The position numbers were made by a program, and so were the translations under genes. The notes under the pieces were generated by a model. It was not told where the DNA came from. It did no database searches and saw nothing but the letters and a program-made list of their open reading frames with translations. Below, piece by piece: positions 61,316 to 64,000 of a DNA stretch of 64,000 bases. Positions within the stretch are counted from its first letter, which is position 1. The number at the start of each line of letters is the position of its first letter. The DNA comes from Lepidodermella squamata (lineage: Eukaryota; Animalia; Gastrotricha). The DNA lies in the NCBI GenBank assembly GCA_047495785.1, contig JBLDXI010000074.1, positions 1,054,001-1,118,000 of the forward strand. Reading direction: 5' to 3'.

Positions 61316-62317
61316 ACCGACAACATCAGAAAACCTGTTTGTGGCATTTGTGGCATTAATTATAGGATTTTTTAGATTTCTTGAGCAGTCATTGAAATTG
61401 TGTGCAGCATTGCTTGAAGATATCAACGGAGTGGTCCATTGAAAACCCCACTCGTCTCTTCCAGCATTGCAAGATGTTATAATGTTTGTTTCTTGCGAGT
61501 AGTGATTTCAGCCTGCTCATGAAATGTTTTATTTGTGGAACAACCGCATAGCATTAATCTCCTTGATTGTTCTCTATCAAGACAGTTTATATGTGAAAAG
61601 TTGCTCGCAATAAATGTTTTTGCACTCGCGATGGGAATTCATTCTGTCTTTCCGCTTTAAATGAAGCAGCAAGATCCGATGGCCCCAAGGTTTTTACATT
61701 GTAACTAACAATGCACTAGGGTCACCCACGCCTTCGAAACCTGGAACCTTGCTAATAGGCAATAACCAGGATGTCAATTTTATGCGATGTCTTATGTCTT
61801 CTGGCCTTTTTCAGAGCACATTTACCCAACATTGACACTAAATTGATCGCCGACGTAATGGAATTGAGTATATTAATTGAAAAAACACCGTTTGAAACAT
61901 AGATAATAATAAAGATCGGAAGCTTACGATCCTGCCATAGTGTCACACTTTTAGGGTGCAAAGGTCACCATGTGCAAAGCCACATTTTTGTGCGTTTTAT
62001 TTCAGCCATGTGGGCCTAACTAAATGCATGTAAAATCGACCCATTTTTAAATCGATTTTTTGAAAAACGTCATCTTTGTAATTTACTGGTAATTTATGTC
62101 CTGGAACAACTTCTTCCTACTACTTCCTAGGGCCTTTGCAACGCCACATAGATATTCGCAAATTAGGCCACAAAATCACGAAGATCGAAATTTGTCGATC
62201 ATGTCGGGGCGAAAAAAATTGTTAAAATGTGATCTGAAAATTCCAGAAAAAATATTTTCTTTACCAGAATGGGCTAAGCTATCGATATATAAAAATACCC
62301 GATAAAAATAATCGATA

Positions 62318-62782
62318 CCGTAAATTGGGGCAAAATGGCCGCGGGAAAAAATTACCCCCTGATTTTTTCGCATTTTTACACGTTTCAGAGGGTCCTGATT
62401 CCGATTTTATAGGAAGCTCATTTTGCCCCAGGTTTGGGGCAAATTGGACAGGTGTTTTGGGGCTAATTGGCCACCCTTATCCTTATAATGGGTTTTTAAT
62501 ATTTAGTGATTGTAATGGTTGAATGGTCGAGTGGTTGTGATGCGTCCATCAGAACTTGAGTGATCTGATGAGCGACGGTTCGAATCCTCATAAAGTAGCA
62601 TTTTTTTGCTCCGCATTTAATTTTTTTAATTTTTTTGTTTTAATTGTCCATTTTAATAATTTTTAATTAGTTTCTCCGTTTTTTCTGAGAGTTTTATTGC
62701 TGAGCAACTTTTAAACGTCTCCCGAACAAAAAAATGTCCGGCATACGTGGTGCTAGTGGAATAATTAAAATGGAAAATTAAT
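62318..62782. mobile_element. Second copy of the TA-flanked tRNA-like MITE, interrupted at 62783
   Basis: TA|CCGTAAATTGGGGCAAAATGGCC matches the reverse complement of the 6548 end; A box 62524-62534, B box 62577-62587, T7 62601-62607. Confidence 0.85.
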
Positions 62783-64000
62783 GGGTCTTCGACAGGCGTC
62801 GCGCAAATAAATTCAGTAAACGCGCAAAACAAACAGATGTGAGCAAAGTAAACAAAAGCGTCGCGCACTAGCAGAATGTGTCGCGCAGAATAATAACACC
62901 CGTCGCGCAGAGTAATACCACGTGTCGCGCAAAATATAAATCACGTAGCAAGCCCTTATTTCATTATTTCTCAACGTTCAAACATGAGATTTCTTGACGA
63001 AGTTGAAGAATTGATTAATGAGCTTCAACAGCCACCTGATCAGCCGCCACTTCTTCAAAGCATCGATGGCGATAGCATTGAAGCCGATGATTTAGAATCG
63101 CAGCTACCAACAGGTGGAATTTTTGATGACTACGAAAAGTTGAAAAACAACTGGCTACCTATTTTTTCCGGGTCGTACGAGGAAGCCCAGGCCTTCCTGG
63201 GTAATAGGGGCCCATTGTTTCGGCTACGAGGCGGCGAGGAGAGGAGAGGCTGCTATGTGGAGTACTACGGCTGTGCGAAGGGAGGGCGTCGGCGTAAAAA
63301 TGGCCAGCGAATTTGCCGGGCTGAAGTTAAGGTTGTTCACGGCGAAGCAACCAAAATTTACGATAACGACATACCTCACCGGCACCCTGAAGAACTGGCG
63401 CCTTTGACACCCGAGGTCATGCAGGCAATCGACGATGCTTGGTTGGCTGATGTGAGTTAATTTCTCATTTATCATTTATCCACTAGTCATCCACCTTAAA
63501 ATTTTTATAGAAAACAACTTTACGGGCGGTCCAGGTCTATTTATCTCGCCGAAATTTCGACATCGCCATGATTCCCGAGAAGGCTATCGTCGCCTACCTG
63601 AAACAGAAGGAGCGGGCGCTGCTACCCGACGATTCGCCGGTCACCTTGGCTGACCTGGAGCGTTTTTGCGAAAATAAGCTGCAAGTGCCTGAAAATCTTG
63701 ACACGTGCTTCGTCGGCCTGTGCGAGGTCATACCCGAGACGGTCCACTGCGCCCAACAATTCCGCATTCTCCAGACCACGCCTCGCTTGATTGACCATCA
63801 CAAGCATGGCCGCCCATTACACGTCGGCGCCTCGTTTGGCACAACGCACATGGGCTTCCCTTTCATTCTGATGGGGACCAGCGATTGGAGGCGCAAGTTT
63901 CACCCCACTGGCATCGCTTTGACGAAGGGCGAGACGAAGGAGGATTATGCTGCTGTTCTGTTTGGCTTGAAGAACACTTACAGGTTGGCCTTGTTTACCC
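62783..64000 (+). mobile_element. Mutator-like (MULE) transposon, left part
   Basis: Begins GGGTCTTCGACAGG exactly where MITE homology stops; GTCGCGCA subterminal repeats 62797-62932; contains transposase. Confidence 0.7.
62984..64000 (+). CDS. MULE transposase (partial); exons 62984-63451, 63511->64000
   Basis: WRKY/FLYWCH-like finger C..C..HRH; then VP..D..FV, TPRL, LHVGASF..GFP..GTSD..RKFHP.G.A...ETKEDY. Confidence 0.85.

Noticed and set aside
62318-64000. MULE transposase as the autonomous partner of the TA-flanked MITE
   Set aside because: MITE homology continues into the second arm and stops abruptly at 62782; a nested insertion fits better, and a TA TSD is atypical for MULEs.

Overview
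Eukaryotic (animal) genomic DNA from a compact invertebrate genome with GT-AG introns; the taxon cannot be fixed from sequence alone. The core (7.3-48.8 kb) holds ten housekeeping genes in two unbroken same-strand runs pointing away from a ~700-bp GC-box/G-quadruplex region at 29.2-29.9 kb. Minus strand: FKBP6/shutdown, glycerol kinase, BCR-like GEF/GAP, NOP9, NDUFS6. Plus strand: UBA2, ankyrin-SAM protein, NOP10, HMGCL, KAT7. Each gene has an AG acceptor-like site 2-60 nt upstream of its ATG, and some gaps are too short for a promoter, which suggests two divergent spliced-leader trans-spliced operons. The flanks carry lineage-specific genes: an AIG1/GIMAP-like GTPase-RING-H2 fusion, a toxin-like secreted precursor, a Ly6/uPAR protein, a furin-processed peptide precursor, and a Cys/Thr-rich gene pair with an inverted silent partial copy. 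Many mobile elements are present, including a TA-flanked MITE family with inward-facing tRNA-like Pol III units, hAT MITEs, a SINE, Helitron/Penelope/LINE/pogo remnants and a MULE transposase running off the right end. Exon boundaries were read by eye; no database searches were run.
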